Made by a program: the position numbers and the translations under genes. The notes beneath the pieces are model-generated. The model searched no databases. It saw only the letters and a program-made list of their open reading frames with translations, and was not told the DNA's origin. A stretch of DNA of 64,000 bases from Felis catus (lineage: Eukaryota), in NCBI RefSeq assembly GCF_018350175.1, contig NC_058368.1:167836001-167900000 (forward strand), in the 5' to 3' direction. Positions 1 through 13,261 of the stretch are shown one piece after another (position 1 is the stretch's first letter; each line of letters starts with the position of its first letter).

Positions 1-977
1 ATTTTGAGGTGTATTATACTACATATAAATTTCTTTACCGATTGGCATAATTTTTTCCAGCTGTTCACGATCTGTAAAATGTAAGACTATATAATATTTT
101 TCACATTAGTCCTTCTTGGGACTGTTAGGAATTAAGAGTACATTATACATACAGTTGAACTTAATTGGTGCCATGCTACAGTGCGGTAAAGGGAATGCAT
201 TTGTTATGCTGAATTTCCTCACCATTATCAGAAGTCTTCCTTCTATTAACATATAAAATGAAGCCTGTCATCTGAAAACTATCAGTATCTCTAGTCTTCT
301 TGACTGTTTAGCATTGGACCACTACTAAAGGGCAGATGCTTATCCCATAATCTACGATGTGCACCACTTATCACTGCTCCATTACCCAGCACCCTGTCAG
401 AGCGACCAATCAGTGAAGGTGGCTCTTTGCTACGGACTTCTGACTTGATAGACATGCACACCTCTATATTTGTGGAGCAGAAAAACAGATTTCAATACCT
501 CCAGCCAGAATAAGTTCATGGTGCATTGGTTTGTAAAAGAAAACCCTGAAAACAATGCCACACATTTTAAAAAGGACAGAGAAATTGTTTGCTAATTATT
601 TCCTCATTCTAAGATAGGATGAGTTGATTTCTGTGACATTAAAGGCGGATGATATTTTCCAATTGACTAGATTGATAAGAGCAGAGTGAATTACTCACGT
701 AAATAAATGTTAACTCTTACAGCTCACAGAAAAGAACTTGGCAAAATCTCTTTGCCAATTACCTCAGTGATTTTTTTTTACTAGAAAATTCATGCCTATG
801 ATTCAAGTATCAAAGCACTCCTAAGTAGCCTGATATTTAAGGTTTACAAAAACACCCATCATCTCAGTGTATTCCAGTGAAAATGCGATGAAGGACACAA
901 ATTTTTTTTTCCTAGAAATTCCTCATGCCACGAATTTGTTCATGCTTTCACCTTTGCCCACCTACTTCGACATTTGT

Positions 978-1173
978 TATTTTTTTAAATTTACTTAGAA
1001 AGAGACAGCACAAGCAGAGGTGGAAAAGAGAGAGTGGGAGAGAGAGAATTCCACCCAGGCTCCACACTGTCAGCTCAGAGCTTGACACAGGGCTTGAACT
1101 CACAAACCATGAGATCATGACCTGAGCCGAAATCAAGTCAGATGCTTAACCGACTGAGCCACCCAGGCGCCCC
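978..1173 (-). mobile_element. Carnivore SINE (Can-SINE)
   Basis: Reverse complement of GGGGCGCCTGGGTGGCTCAGTCGGTTAAG head, AG-rich body, T-tail. Confidence 0.95.
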
Positions 1174-4168
1174 GCTAGTTTGACATTTAGTTTTCAAGGA
1201 AGTGGAGCAGGGTAGAGGGGGTTTTGCCAAAGGTTTGCCAAGTGGTCTGAATGATATTTTGTGCATAGAAGTAATATGCCAGGTTAATCCCATCGGTGTC
1301 CCTTTCCTAAGAAAGCCATGATCTCTGGCACCATCATAATTTCACTAGTTATGCTATCCTAAGGATCTCCTATGATGACTGAAGTAGAATATACATAAAA
1401 GAAATTTCTTCCAATCTCAAACTGTAATTTCAGAAGATGACAAATCACAAGTTGCAGAAGGCCCCAGGTTGGTAGATTGTGGACTTTTATTTAGGTTTGA
1501 GGCTAGAACATGAAAGCCCTGCCCCGGACAGAAAAACATAAAAATAATGATCTGAGAAGTTTTTTAGCAGCTGCTTTATAAGCAAATGAAGAGTCAATAG
1601 CTTTTGATTCTAACTTCTAAGAACACTGGTGTTTATTATTTCCCTTTTTTTCCTTTCTTGTCCAAATTAAAATAAGCAGTAAACAAGACAACTGAAGATA
1701 AATCAGGGCATTCTCTGTTTGTTTTGACATAGCTCTATACCGTAAAGTAAGAACTGAACTTTATTATTCCTTAACTTGTTCATTTATTCAGCAAACACCT
1801 CCTGAGTACTTGCTCTAGAGCATTTTGTCTAATGTCTATTGACTATCCATGGGCTAGGCACTGGGCTAGGAATTTTAGGCAATTATTTCATTAAATCCTC
1901 TCAGAAACCCTATGAAGTTTTATTATTATTTCCATTTTAAAGATCAGAAAACTGAGTCACAGAAAGACTGAATGACCTTCCCTGTCACAAGACACTAAGT
2001 GAGGGATAATAGGCTGAGAATTAGGCTCTCAATCCCGGCTGCACATGAGATCTACTAAGTCAGAACCATGGGGCCAGTCACCAGGCAGTTCTAACATGCT
2101 GCACCACTGGTGTGTGGAAGTGGAACCGTGGGTGTAACATGAGGGGCCTGTGCTAGGTGCTGGGGACAGAAAGATTCAGAGCTCAGAGGCCAGCTGAGTG
2201 GGGTGGAAATGAGGAACACCCAAGTAAATAGTGACAATACAATGCTCATCCCCCCTCTCTTCCCATTCCTATCTCATTCTCGCTTCTCAGATCTCAAGTC
2301 AAAGGTCAGCTTCTCAAAATGGATCACTCTATCATTTGCCACTACTGGAAACGCTATTATTAATTTGTTTGGTTATTCACTTTGTTGTAGCCCATCTCTC
2401 CCATAAGTATGACAGCTCCTATTCACTGCTGTATGCCCAGCCCCTAGCCTGTGCCTGGTACGGAGGTAGTTCTTAAAAGTATTAGTGGAACGCATCAATG
2501 ACTGGAATATAGTTTGGGTCTACTACAGAAGCATGCCAAGGGGGCACCGGAGCCCCTCACTCTTCAAGGGAGAAGAGAAATCATAGGAGCTCTCATGGAA
2601 GAGCTGAGCTAGGTCTTGAGGGATGAGTAAGGATTCTCTAGGAGAACAAAGGAGCTTGGGCAAGTATGTTGGGCTAAGGAAACAGCATATGTAAGCATAG
2701 AGAGATGTGAAAGGGTAGGGCAGCTGTAGGCCATTCTGTGCAGCTGAAATAAAAACAAGGCCAAGAAGTGGCAGGATTTATTTCAGAAATATTTATTCAA
2801 TGATTAATGACACTGGAGTAGGTATAAGAGACACAGAGTAGCAAAAACAAGCAGAGTCCTTGATGTCCTTTAACTTACATTCTAGTAGGAGAGACAGGTG
2901 TGAAGCAAATAAACACACCACCATATATAAATCTAAATTGTAACAAATGTTCTGAAGGAAACTGACTGATTACTTTAGGAATAACACTTGCGGGGGAGGG
3001 GGGCAGGGGGTGGGCACTAGGGAGAGTCTTCCTGATGAAGTTACTTTTAATCTGTCCAATAGCCCTGCAAAAACAATACTCATTTTATGGTAGAAAACTG
3101 AAGTTAAATACTTCAGCCAGGCCCCACCCCTACTAAGTGGCAAAACCAAGGTGCACACCGAGATAGTTTGGCTCCAAGGCCAGTGTTGGTTCTACCACAG
3201 CAGCACACGGGTGGTTGAGGAGCCTGCATGTGTACAGAATGTATTTTTCCCCTTTACCACCATTCAGGACTTAACCATTACAGCTTGCAGGGAGCCAAGT
3301 AAAACACGGTGACCATAAAACACGGTCCACCAGAATCTGTAAATTCCAGAATATATAGAACAATTTACATCTTTGTGACTATATCCTACCTTTGAATATT
3401 TTTTCATTGTTCTTCACAAGCTACCCATGACACTTGTAGTGTGGTACAGTCTCAAGTTCATTTCCAGGCTCACTACTTAGTAGATGTCTGACCTCAGGAT
3501 ATTTCACTTTTCTGAGTCTCAGCTTCCTCACTTGGACAATGGGGATGTTGACTATATGTCCTGCTTACTTCACGGGGTTGGTCTGAGGTTCAAATGACAT
3601 AATACATGTAAGGGGCTTGGCACTACATAAATGTCATGATTTATGTGATATTTTCCCAAAGCATTCTACAGTGGTGCAGTTGATATAAAATGAAAAGACT
3701 TTAAAGAGTTTTGAAAAATAAAATGCTCCAGGAAAATGAGAGCATTATATAAGTATTTAGTCATTATGTCACTGCTAGAGCTCCTGAACTGCCTACTCTC
3801 TATTGGTGATCATGAACTTGTAGATTGCACCTGGGATGATAGGGCTGCAAATGTAATGTGTGATTACTACCTTCACTAGGGGCTGTTGACACATTACAAT
3901 GATATTTATTGAGCCTTGAAAAGAGATAAATTATGCAAGACTAATTCCTAATCCCAATGCAGTTTGAATATATGTTTTTATGTGCTAAGTACAACTAACA
4001 AAAATAGTTAAATTCTAAAAAAATTACACAAGTTAAAAGCTATAATCCAGTAACTTATATCATTGTCAAGAAAATACATTAACCCCCTAAAAGGCATTTC
4101 CATAGACAGAGAAAGTGAAAACCATGAGCACATATATATTAAATTTTGACTAAGAAATTCCATTTCCA

Positions 4169-4624
4169 GGGGTGCCTGGGTGGCTCAGTGGGTCAAGCAT
4201 CTGCCTTCGGCTCAGGTCATAATCTCGCGGTTTGTGATTTTTTTTTTTAATTTTTTTTTCAACGTTTATTTATTTTTGGGACAGAGAGAGACAGAGCATG
4301 AACGGGGGAGGGGCAGAGAGAGAGGGAGACACAGAATCGGAAACAGGCTCCAGGCTCTGAGCCATCAGCCCAGAGCCTGATGCGGGGCTCGAACTCACGG
4401 ACCGCGAGATCGTGACCTGGCTGAAGTCGACGCTTAACCGACTGCCCCACCCAGGCGCCCCAGGCGGTTTGTGATTTTGAGCCCTGTGTCAGGCTCTGTG
4501 CTGACAGCTCAGAGGCTGGAGCCTGCTGCAGATTCTGTGTCTCCCTCTCTCTCTGCCCTCCCTCTGGTTGTGCTCCGTCTCTCACTCTCTCAAAAATAAA
4601 TAAACATTAAAAAATTAAAAAAAA
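4169..4624 (+). mobile_element. Can-SINE hosting a nested younger SINE
   Basis: TSD aagaaattccatttcca at 4152 and 4623; head at 4169, body resumes at about 4464. Confidence 0.95.
4240..4461 (-). mobile_element. Young felid SINE (SINEC_Fc type), nested
   Basis: CpG-rich copy near-identical to those at 12028, 34418 and 54620; TSD gcggtttgtgatttt. Confidence 0.95.
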
Positions 4625-4639
4625 GAAATTCCATTTCCA

Positions 4640-6750
4640 GGAATATACCCTGGAAATATACTTTTTGAAAAAGATACTTTTAATAATACTAGGAACTTTT
4701 AAATCATTCAGTGAAAAAAGTAAAGGTGCAAGAATTTATATGGTGTGCTATCACCATATAAAAGAGAATACAATTAAAAAAAAAAACACAAATCTGCTCC
4801 TTTGTGAAAAAGGAATATGGGAGAGAGAAACCAGGAAATACAGAGACTGTTTAAGTATACGGGGTTGGTGGGAAAGGGGAGGAAGGAAGGGGCATGGAAT
4901 GTGGAGGTGGGGATTTGAGGAGGGAGGGACACTTCCTGGAGTATCTCTTTGGATATAGCTTCGACTGTGAATCATAGTAATGTTTAACATACCTCCCAAA
5001 ATAAAAAAAAAAAAAATTAAAACTAACAAGGATGTAGGGGAATGGGAAGTAGAATACAAACAGTAACAAATGAAGCTAATTGTATTACAAATGAAGAGCG
5101 TGACCCAGACAAATAAAATAACCCCACAGAAGAGGATGGGAATTAAGAATTCAGTCACTTTGGAAAACATTATTTTGGCAGGATATTGTAAGGTGAAATC
5201 CAAAAAGAACTGTCAGCAAACATTGTATTCCAGTTAGTAATTCTATTTCTCACAGGGCTATGAGGTAGCAATTCAGTAACTACTTTATGTGTAATCTAGG
5301 ATTGTAAATGATGAGAGCCAGTCTTTTTACTGTCAGAGAAAGAAGTTATAAATAAGAAAAGGGGAGAGGCTTATAATAAACCCTGTGGTATTGATTTGGA
5401 ATCAGAGGTACTAGAATGAACTGTTGGTTCATAACAGATACACAGATATAGAAATAACTAATAAATATGATGTATGTGCATGCATGGGTTAGTATACATG
5501 CATATATTCCCTATCTTTTCAGCTGAGAGAGACTAGGAGCAATGACACTCTAGTAACAGTGATGTACAGGCACCCAGATCTTGATTTATAAATATCATTC
5601 TCTAATAAAAAGAATTAAGTCTTCTTATAGAAATGGTTGATTCCTGCACTGGGGCAGGGAAATACAAGATAAGTCTGAAACATCTTGTGATATCAGAAAA
5701 AACAGGTGCTTAAAAGAGTGAGGGCATATCAAAAGGACACAGGATGCATTCAGAAGAAGCTGCCAATGGCCACAGCTGGAACAATGTGAATCTCAAAATA
5801 AATGAGTGTATTGGACTATACTTGAGAAAACCAAATAAGCATCCACAAAATCCATATTCATAGAGGTAGAAAGATAGAAGATGGATATGCAGTCAAGGAA
5901 GGACAACTCTTCCTTACAGAAAAATTCCAATGAATCAATTTGGAAAGAATGGGGGAAATACAAAAACATCATTAGGCAAAGACCGCAGTAATAACTGTTG
6001 CAGTCCAAGTTCACAAATGGATGCTAAAATCAGTGGGTGAAAGTTTTGGGAGAAACAGAATAATAGCATAGTGCCAAAGATATTTATCAACTGCAAAGGG
6101 AAGTCAGTATAATCACTAACATCACAGTGGAGAGACCCAGCAGCCATCACCTTAACCAAATGACCAAGGTTAACATCACCAGTAATAACACATACAGACA
6201 TCACATGTACCACCTGATCACTTCTTCAGTATTCTTGCCAAAATAATCTCAATCCAAACATCACACAAACCTAAGCTGAAAAACATTCTACAGGTCTAGA
6301 GGGTAAGGGTAATGAAATATAAGAAAAGAATGAGGAAGCATCAGAGATAGGAGGAGACTAAGGAGACAGGACAAGCAGATATACTGTGAGATCCTGGATT
6401 GGATCCTGGAATAGACAAGAAAATTAGGGGGAAAACTGGTGAAATTCAAATAAGATCTATAACTTAGTTATCTTATTGCTTCAATGTTAATTTCCTGGTT
6501 TGATAATTATACTATGGTTATAGGAGTTGATCACACTAGAGGTAGCTAGGTGAAGGGTATTATGTGAACTGTCTACTAGTTTTGCAACTTTTCTGAATTC
6601 TAAAAGTATTTTGGGGTGTCTGTCTGGCTTAGTCAGTAGAGCATGCAACTCTTGATCTTGGGGATGTGAGTTCGAGCCCCACACTAGGTTTAGAGATTAC
6701 TCAAAAATAAAATCTTAAAAACAGTATTTGAAAATAAAGATTTTAAAAGC
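4640..6750 (+). mobile_element. Old L1M (L1MC/L1MD-like) 3' region
   Basis: A-rich strand with typical L1M 3' UTR motifs (catcaccttaaccaaatgaccaaggttaacatcacc; atcctggattggatcctggaa; ttttgcaacttttctg). Confidence 0.8.
6612..6720 (+). mobile_element. Short tRNA-Lys-derived carnivore SINE
   Basis: ggcttagtcagtagagcatgcaactcttgatct...gttcgagcccc followed by an A-rich tail. Confidence 0.85.
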
Positions 6751-7249
6751 GTAGATAAGCTAGTAACAGACAACAAGTGAATGAACTAAGGAGAGAACTA
6801 AAATTTTCTAAGTGAAAGCAGGTATTACTTTCACAGCGAACAATCTGATATATAAATGTTAAAACTAAAAATACATTTTTTTCTTCATAGGAGGAAGATT
6901 AGTCACACGAGTGCATTAACAAGTAACCTGCATGTGCCATTTTGTCCTTTCCAGTTCTATTTTCTGCTATGGATCTATGTACCTGCAATACAATCAGAAG
7001 AAATGCCCTGGTGCTTGAAAGAACTAGGGTTAAAATTTAACAGTGGGATTAACATCTTTCATGTAATACTTGGAAAAAAGGATTTGCAAAGAAATTTCTT
7101 GGCATGGATACAAAGAGATAAATATGAAAAGCACTCTTCTTTGTAGATGCCACAGAAGCCCCCAAAACAAAGAAATGACACTTTCAGAGACATTCGTTGT
7201 TGTGTGATGGTCTCTGGGAAGGCTCCCTCCACCCTGCAGGGACTATAGC

Positions 7250-7395
7250 AGTGGTTCCTAGCCCTGCCAGTTCAGGAGAATCACAGGTGCCTAGAAAAAG
7301 TACAGATGCCTAAGTCCCACCCCTGGAGATTCTGACTCAGGAGAAGCCATAAAAACTCCTGTGATCCCGATGTGCAGCCAGGGCTGAGAACCACT
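7250..7395. mobile_element. MER5A-like hAT DNA transposon
   Basis: cagtggttc...gagattctgactcag...gatgtgcagccagggctgagaaccact. Confidence 0.75.
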
Positions 7396-7616
7396 TGAAC
7401 AGAATAACCTGTAACTCGGGCAAAGTCAGTCAACTAAAAACAAAAGAACTAATTTTCAAGGATATAAGTAGCTTTGTGTTCTGATATTTTAATACAACTT
7501 TGTCTCTCAAACAGTAGTGACTTCTTGTACACAATCCAATACTTTTTAACTTCTGTATTTCTAATTTATATCCTTTCCTTCCATTTTGATATATTACTAT
7601 TAAATTCCTCCTATCA

Positions 7617-7821
7617 TTTTTTTTAATGTTTATTTTTATTTTTGAGAGACAGAAAGAGCACGAGTGGGCAGGGGCAGAGAGAAGGAGACACAGAATCAGA
7701 AGCAGGCTCCAGGCTCTGTGCTGTTAGCACAGAGCTCGATGCGGCGCTCAAACCCACAACTGCGAGATCATGATCTGAGGCGAAGTCGGAAGCTCAACCA
7801 ACTGAGCCATCCAGGTGCCCC
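7617..7821 (-). mobile_element. Can-SINE
   Basis: TSD attcctcctat(c/t)att; SINE consensus. Confidence 0.95.
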
Positions 7822-8089
7822 ATATTCCTCCTATTATTATGTAGTAAACCTGACAGTGACCATATGCTATTTTTCCAGGTTGTCCTTTTTAGTAAATATT
7901 TTCCTTTAGTTCATTGCACTTATTTATATTTCTAATACAGCACTTATCAGAGTTTGTTTCATATTAGAATTATTTATCAAACACCTGTCTTCCTACTAGA
8001 TTGTAAAGTCTTTGAAGCAGCAAATGTAGAGAATGCTTTTCTAGGACCTCTAAGTCTCTGAAAATCAAGTGTCACTCATTTTTTACAGC

Positions 8090-8645
8090 TTCAGTGAATT
8101 TTTTGGAAGTATAACATGCATGCAGAATATTGCACAAATCCTAAGGGTACAATTTGATGAATTTTGACAAAGTTAACCCAGCTGTGTAACACTCTCTAGA
8201 TTGAGAGACAGGGCATGACCATAACCCCTGAAGCTCACTCGTCCCCAACTCCAGTCACTGTTATTCTGCCACTAAGAATAGCTACTATCCTGATTTCTAA
8301 CCACACAGATTAGCATTCTTGTGTTTGAACTTCAAATATATAGAGTCAAACACCCAGTACTCTTATTTCTGGTTTTTCAGCAGTCTGTTATGTTAATGAG
8401 ATCCATCCACATTGTTAAGGGTATGAATAGTTTGTTCATTCTCATTTCCAAAGTGGCGATAACATTTACATTCCTACCAGTGATGTGTGAAGATTCCAGT
8501 GTCTCTACATCCTTGCCAGTACTTAGTGGTATCTGTCTTTCTGATCATAGCCATTCTGGTGGGTGTGAGGTGCTACCTTATTGGGGGTTATAATTTTCAT
8601 TTCCCTAAGGACTAATGATGTTGTGCATCTTTTCATGGTGTCATA
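8090..8645 (-). mobile_element. Old L1M fragment
   Basis: tttacattcctaccagtgatgtgtgaagattccag...atagccattctggtgggtgtgagg, typical antisense L1 3' end. Confidence 0.8.
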
Positions 8646-8671
8646 CACTGCTTTAAAATCCCAGCATAACA

Positions 8672-8893
8672 GGGGCGCCTGGGTGGCTTGGTCGGTGAAG
8701 CATCCGACTTCGGCTCAGGTCACGATCTCACGGTCTGTGAGTTCAAGCCCCGCATCGGGCTCTGTGCTGACCACTCAGAGCCTGGAGCCTGTTTCAGATT
8801 CTGTGACTCCCTCTCTCTCTGCCCCTCCCCCTGTTCATGCTCTGTCTCTCTCTGTCTCAAAAATAAATAAACGTTTAAAAAAATTAAAAAAAA
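8672..8893 (+). mobile_element. Can-SINE
   Basis: TSD aaaatcccagcataa; full head, CT body, A tail. Confidence 0.95.
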
Positions 8894-9748
8894 ATCCCAG
8901 CATAATATTATGTGCCTTTATCCTTTCAAGCACTCAGTAAGTATCTATTAAATTAAATTGATGAAGAAGGAGAGGCACGTAAGTTTTCTATTATTAGACT
9001 ACCTAGCAAAGAATAGCAAAATATCTGTTTCTAGACGACAGATCATTTTCCACATAATTTGAGGGAATGTACCAGTAAAATAAACTAGTCTAGCCTCTGG
9101 AGACACAAAAAAAATCTTCAAGTTTCTTAAAATAAGAGAGTAAATTCAAAAAATTTACAGTTATAGAAAACTTTCCAAATGCTCATTTATTTGTGGAATT
9201 TCAAAGACTGTGGAGTATGCTTTATTTAGGAACTCTAAATCTCTTACAATCAAGTGAAAAATAAATATAATACAAAAATTGTGGTGGATAACATTGGAGT
9301 GAAAATGTTGAATTATGGTAGAATTTTCAAGACACTTTATGTAAGGGCATTCATTTTACAGAACTCTTCTTACTGAGTTCAGAACAGCAACATGCAAGTC
9401 TTATCTGACAAAGGGAAGAAGCTGGCTGTGGCCCCTGACCTTTCGGGGAAAAGACTCTCCTGCCCTATACATCCTGAAATGGAAATACAACATTATTTAT
9501 AGGCTGCACCTGCTTTCCTTCCTAGGAGATTAGCAAGTTGGTGAAAAGTAAGAGTTCACATGAAGAATTTTTTAAAGAATTTTTTAAGTTCATCAGAAGC
9601 AAGGATAAGTATTTTTTATTCTTTATGCTTTCCAAATTATTTTTATTTTAATAGCAGAAAGACACAAATCACATTGGGTAGGTAGAAACTATTTTTGAGT
9701 ATGTGACTTCTGAAAACGTAATAAACAAAAGGCATATTTAGAACTAAC

Positions 9749-9851
9749 CTTCATTTAACAGGAATCTGATCCACTGCTCTGGTTTTCAGTGGTGCTGTTT
9801 TTGGTGGAAACCAACCCTCTGAGAGGAATGTTAGGTTCCCTTGATAATCCC
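9749..9851 (-). ncRNA. Candidate non-coding exon (antisense)
   Basis: Minus-strand T/C tract then taataag acceptor; AAG|gttagt donor; stops in all frames. Confidence 0.25.
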
Positions 9852-10409
9852 CTTATTAAATTTTGGAATCCAAGATGAGGAAGAAAAAAAAAAAAGCCTT
9901 ACTAATCTTAACATTAGCTGAGAACCTTAAAGTCCCTGGTTCAATGATTCTTTTTTATTCTAGCTAGCCTGCATAAATACATATATTACTTATCAAAGAA
10001 TTATGCATATTTTTAAAAATTCTGACATTATATTAGATTTCCTCACTTTATGAGAAGTGAATTCTGGGCTTCAATATGTTGGTTCATGGATATGGAAAAG
10101 TGTATTAGTGTTTCTGACACAGATCTGCCTTGTCCACCTTTCTGAGCTGGAGTTTCCAGACTGCCATAAAGAAGGAGCATCAGTATCAAGCAGGCATCAG
10201 ATACAAATATTTATCTGACCCCACGTGGAGCAGAGCAGGATGCCACGGCAGCAACTACCGCTTGAGAGATACCAAGGTTGGTGACAACATATGTGTTACC
10301 AGACTGCCCAACAGGCATTGTAAAAATATCTTGACATTGACGGGAAGGAAACCGAAGGAAGAGAGAAGAACACACGAGGATGTCAGCAGAGTGAATATAT
10401 CATCTCTTT

Positions 10410-11170
10410 CTTCTTTAAACAAATACTAATCAAGTGCCTCCTAAGCACCAGGGAATGTTTCAGGAACTGAGCATAAAGAGAGCAAATCCCTGCCCTTGTG
10501 AGGCTTGTATTCGGAATACAAATAAATAGAATACCTAGGTTTTCAGGTGGTGATTAGGCTTCTGAGAAAAATTCAGCAGGGCCTAGAGGTGGGAGTGCTA
10601 CAATTTTAATTAGGGCAACCATGGAAGGCCTCACAGAGAAAATGACATCTGAGCAAAGATCTGAAGAGGTGAGGGAACAAGCCATACAGATATCTAAGGG
10701 AAAGGCATTATGTTCAGAGAACACCTAATGCCAAGGCCATGAGGCAGGAAGGTTGCTGGTTTGTTTTAGAGTGAGCAAAAGAGCAAGGTGGTGAGTAGTG
10801 GAGAGGAGATTGGGGAGAGTTAATGGAAAAGGGGGTGGTCAAAATCATCTCGTAGATCATTTTAACGACATTGGCTTTCCCTCTAAATGAAATCAGAAAC
10901 CACTGGAGAATTTGGGGCAGAGGAGTGATATGATCTAATTTAAACTTTCTCTGGCTTCTGGGTTGAAGACAGGCTGTAAGAGGCAAGAGCAGAAGCAAGG
11001 AGACCAGTAAGGAGGCCACTGCAATGATCTAGACAAGAAGTGATAGTGGCTTGGCCAAGGGCTATGTAACAGAAATGGGGAGGAGTTGAACTAGACTACA
11101 GTAGAGAGACCCAACAGTATTTGCTGATGGACTGGGTGTGGAGTAAGAGACGGAGAAGAGTCAGGGTGTT
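10410..11170 (-). mobile_element. L2 LINE fragment
   Basis: ggaaggcctcacagagaaaatgacatctgagcaaagatctgaa...ggagaccagtaaggaggccactgcaatgatctag, typical L2 3' region. Confidence 0.8.
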
Positions 11171-11638
11171 AAGAGAAAAGAAATCTTTTCTTTTCGGCAC
11201 TTAGATTTGAAAGACATTTCCTGCATGGAATTTTACATAGCTGTTCCTTGGGTCCTTGTGTGTCTAAGTGTTCTTGCACTAGTAGGAATATATCAGTTTC
11301 TTCTCTTGGATATAAACTCTGAGGGGGCAAAGACCACCTTTATTCATCTTTATATCATCATTATCTAGCATAGGGCCTTTACTTGTTAGTGTTCAATATA
11401 TGTTCATTTAAATATGTACATCTTAGATATCACAATTAAAAGCACTTAGGGAAAAACAACTTAGAAAGGGGTCTTGTTTGCATTCTCTAGAGTTCATATT
11501 CATTCTTTTATTCTAAAAGTATTTACTGAGTAGCTACAGTATATTAATCACTATGATGTTTGTAGGTACCTTTGAGGAGATTATAGGTAATAAACATTTC
11601 CCCCTATATGTCTCTGCATTTAAAAATTTTCAAGAGTG

Positions 11639-11771
11639 TGGGCTACCTAGGTGTCTCAGTTGGTTAAGCATCTGACTCTTGGTTGCAGTTCAGGTTATGA
11701 TCTCATAATTCATGAGTTCGAGCCCCATACCGGACTCTGTGCTGACAGCACAGAGCCTGCTTGGGATTCAT

Positions 11772-11819
<48 letters not shown>

Positions 11820-11890
11820 CCTCCCCTGCTCTCTCTTGGGCATGCTCTCTCTCTCTTAAACAAACAAACAAACACACAAACAAACAAACT
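11639..11890 (+). mobile_element. Can-SINE with expanded (CT)n
   Basis: Diverged head, (CT)n about 11780-11816, (AAAC)n tail. Confidence 0.9.
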
Positions 11891-12002
11891 TAATTTTTTT
11901 TCTAACACTAGGCATGTTTTACTTTACAAAAAATCGGTTTTTAAAAAGAGGAACTAGATAGATTTCTTAGTTTTACCAGAGTAGAGGAAAAAACTTAACA
12001 TT

Positions 12003-12431
12003 TCTTTTCTTTTTTATGTTTCATTTTACTTTTTTTTAAATTTTTTTTTCAACGTTTATTTATTTTGGGGACAGAGAGAGACAGAGCATGAACGGGGGAG
12101 GGGCAGAGAGAGAGGGAGACACAGAATCGGAAACAGGCTCCAGGCTCCGAGCCATCAGCCCAGAGCCCGACGCGGGGCTCGAACCCACAGACCGCGAGAT
12201 CGTGACCTGGCTGAAGTCGGACGCTTAACCGACTGCGCCACCCAGGAGCCCTTCATTTTACTTTTGAGACAGAGAGAGAATGAGCAGGAGAGGTGAAGAG
12301 AGAGATGAAGACACAGAACTTGAAGCAGGCTCCAGGCTCCAAGCTGTCAGCAGGGCTCAAACCCACAAACTGTGAGATCATAACTTGAGCCAAAGTCAGA
12401 TGCTTAACCAATTGAGCCACCCAGGTGTCCC
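12003..12431 (-). mobile_element. Older Can-SINE with a young SINE (12028-12251) nested in its tail
   Basis: Inner TSD ttcattttactttt; outer flanks aaaacttaac. Confidence 0.95.
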
Positions 12432-12600
12432 AAAACTTAACCTTTCTGAAAGTGGGGTTTCTCTCTAACCTTGCTTGTCAAGGCAAACAAACACATTGAC
12501 TGGTACCAAAATTCAATACCTAAAAATCATGAAATCCTGTGAAAAAAGCATAAAGCTATTTGCAAACTAAAATTAAATACAAAAAGGTAAGTTCACTTAC

Positions 12601-12697
12601 TCCTCCTTAACTATAACCACAGCAGTTATTACTCAGGGGCTGTTGTCCAGACCATAGATTAGCTTAGATACTGGCAAAAACTTGCTTATGGATCTTT
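12601..12697 (-). ncRNA. Candidate non-coding exon (antisense)
   Basis: Minus-strand tttttatttccttttcccttctgacggcag acceptor; GGA|gtaagt donor; stops in all frames. Confidence 0.35.
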
Positions 12698-12769
12698 CTG
12701 CCGTCAGAAGGGAAAAGGAAATAAAAACATGAAATTCAAAGCATTTCAGTTTGAGTTTTTCAAGTTTAT

Positions 12770-12993
12770 GGGGTGCCTGGGTGGTTCAGTTCGTTAAGTG
12801 CCCAACTCAGGATTTTGGCTCAGGGAATGATCACATGATTCCATAGATAGAGCCCCATATTGGGCTCTGTGCTGACAGTGAGGAGCCTGCTTAGGATTCT
12901 CTCTCCCTCCCTCCCTCTCTGCTCATCCCCTGGTCATGCACACGTGAGAGGTCACTCTCTCTTTTAAAATAAATAAACAAACATCAAAAAAAA
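12770..12993 (+). mobile_element. Can-SINE
   Basis: ggggtgcctgggtggttcag head, A tail, flanking aagttta. Confidence 0.9.
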
Positions 12994-13059
12994 GTTTAGT
13001 GGAGAACTAGATTAAAATTCAGGGAACATTAAACTTTCTATATTCTTTTTGTCTTCCAG

Positions 13060-13261
13060 GGGGAAGAAGAAATCCCAGTTTTCACACTAGAGCAAATGCT
13101 CACACAGGCAGGGAGACACAGACACAGACGTATATACATATATTATTCTTAGGCCCTAATTCACAGGTAGACTTATCTTAAAGCTACTGAAAGGCCTTCT
13201 GAAGGTCCAACATTTACAAGGACCTTCACAAAGTCCTGGTTCACAGAAATGTACTCATAGG
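13060..13261 (+). pseudogene. Candidate 5' pseudo-exon (similar to vitellogenin exon 3)
   Basis: Acceptor tattctttttgtcttccag and donor AGG|gtaatg. Phase-1 frame gives NPSFHTR...QTYIH...ILFLG and a shifted frame gives KATERPS, against vitellogenin DPGFNSR/KTYVY/KAGVRLS. Requires frameshifts. Confidence 0.35.

Noticed and set aside
4180..4585. ORFs such as 4180-4380, 4259-4585, 34442-34768 and 54610-54798 with recurring peptides (ETEHERGRGRE, CFRFCVSLSLCP)
   Set aside because: They are translations of Can-SINE sequence, repeated at many copies in the window.
4665..5203. 97-150 aa hydrophobic or basic ORFs
   Set aside because: They lie inside an old L1M 3' region; composition reflects A/T runs.
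11900..13100. Estrogen response element upstream of the putative first exons
   Set aside because: No GGTCAnnnTGACC found by eye; GGTCA half-sites seen are inside SINEs.
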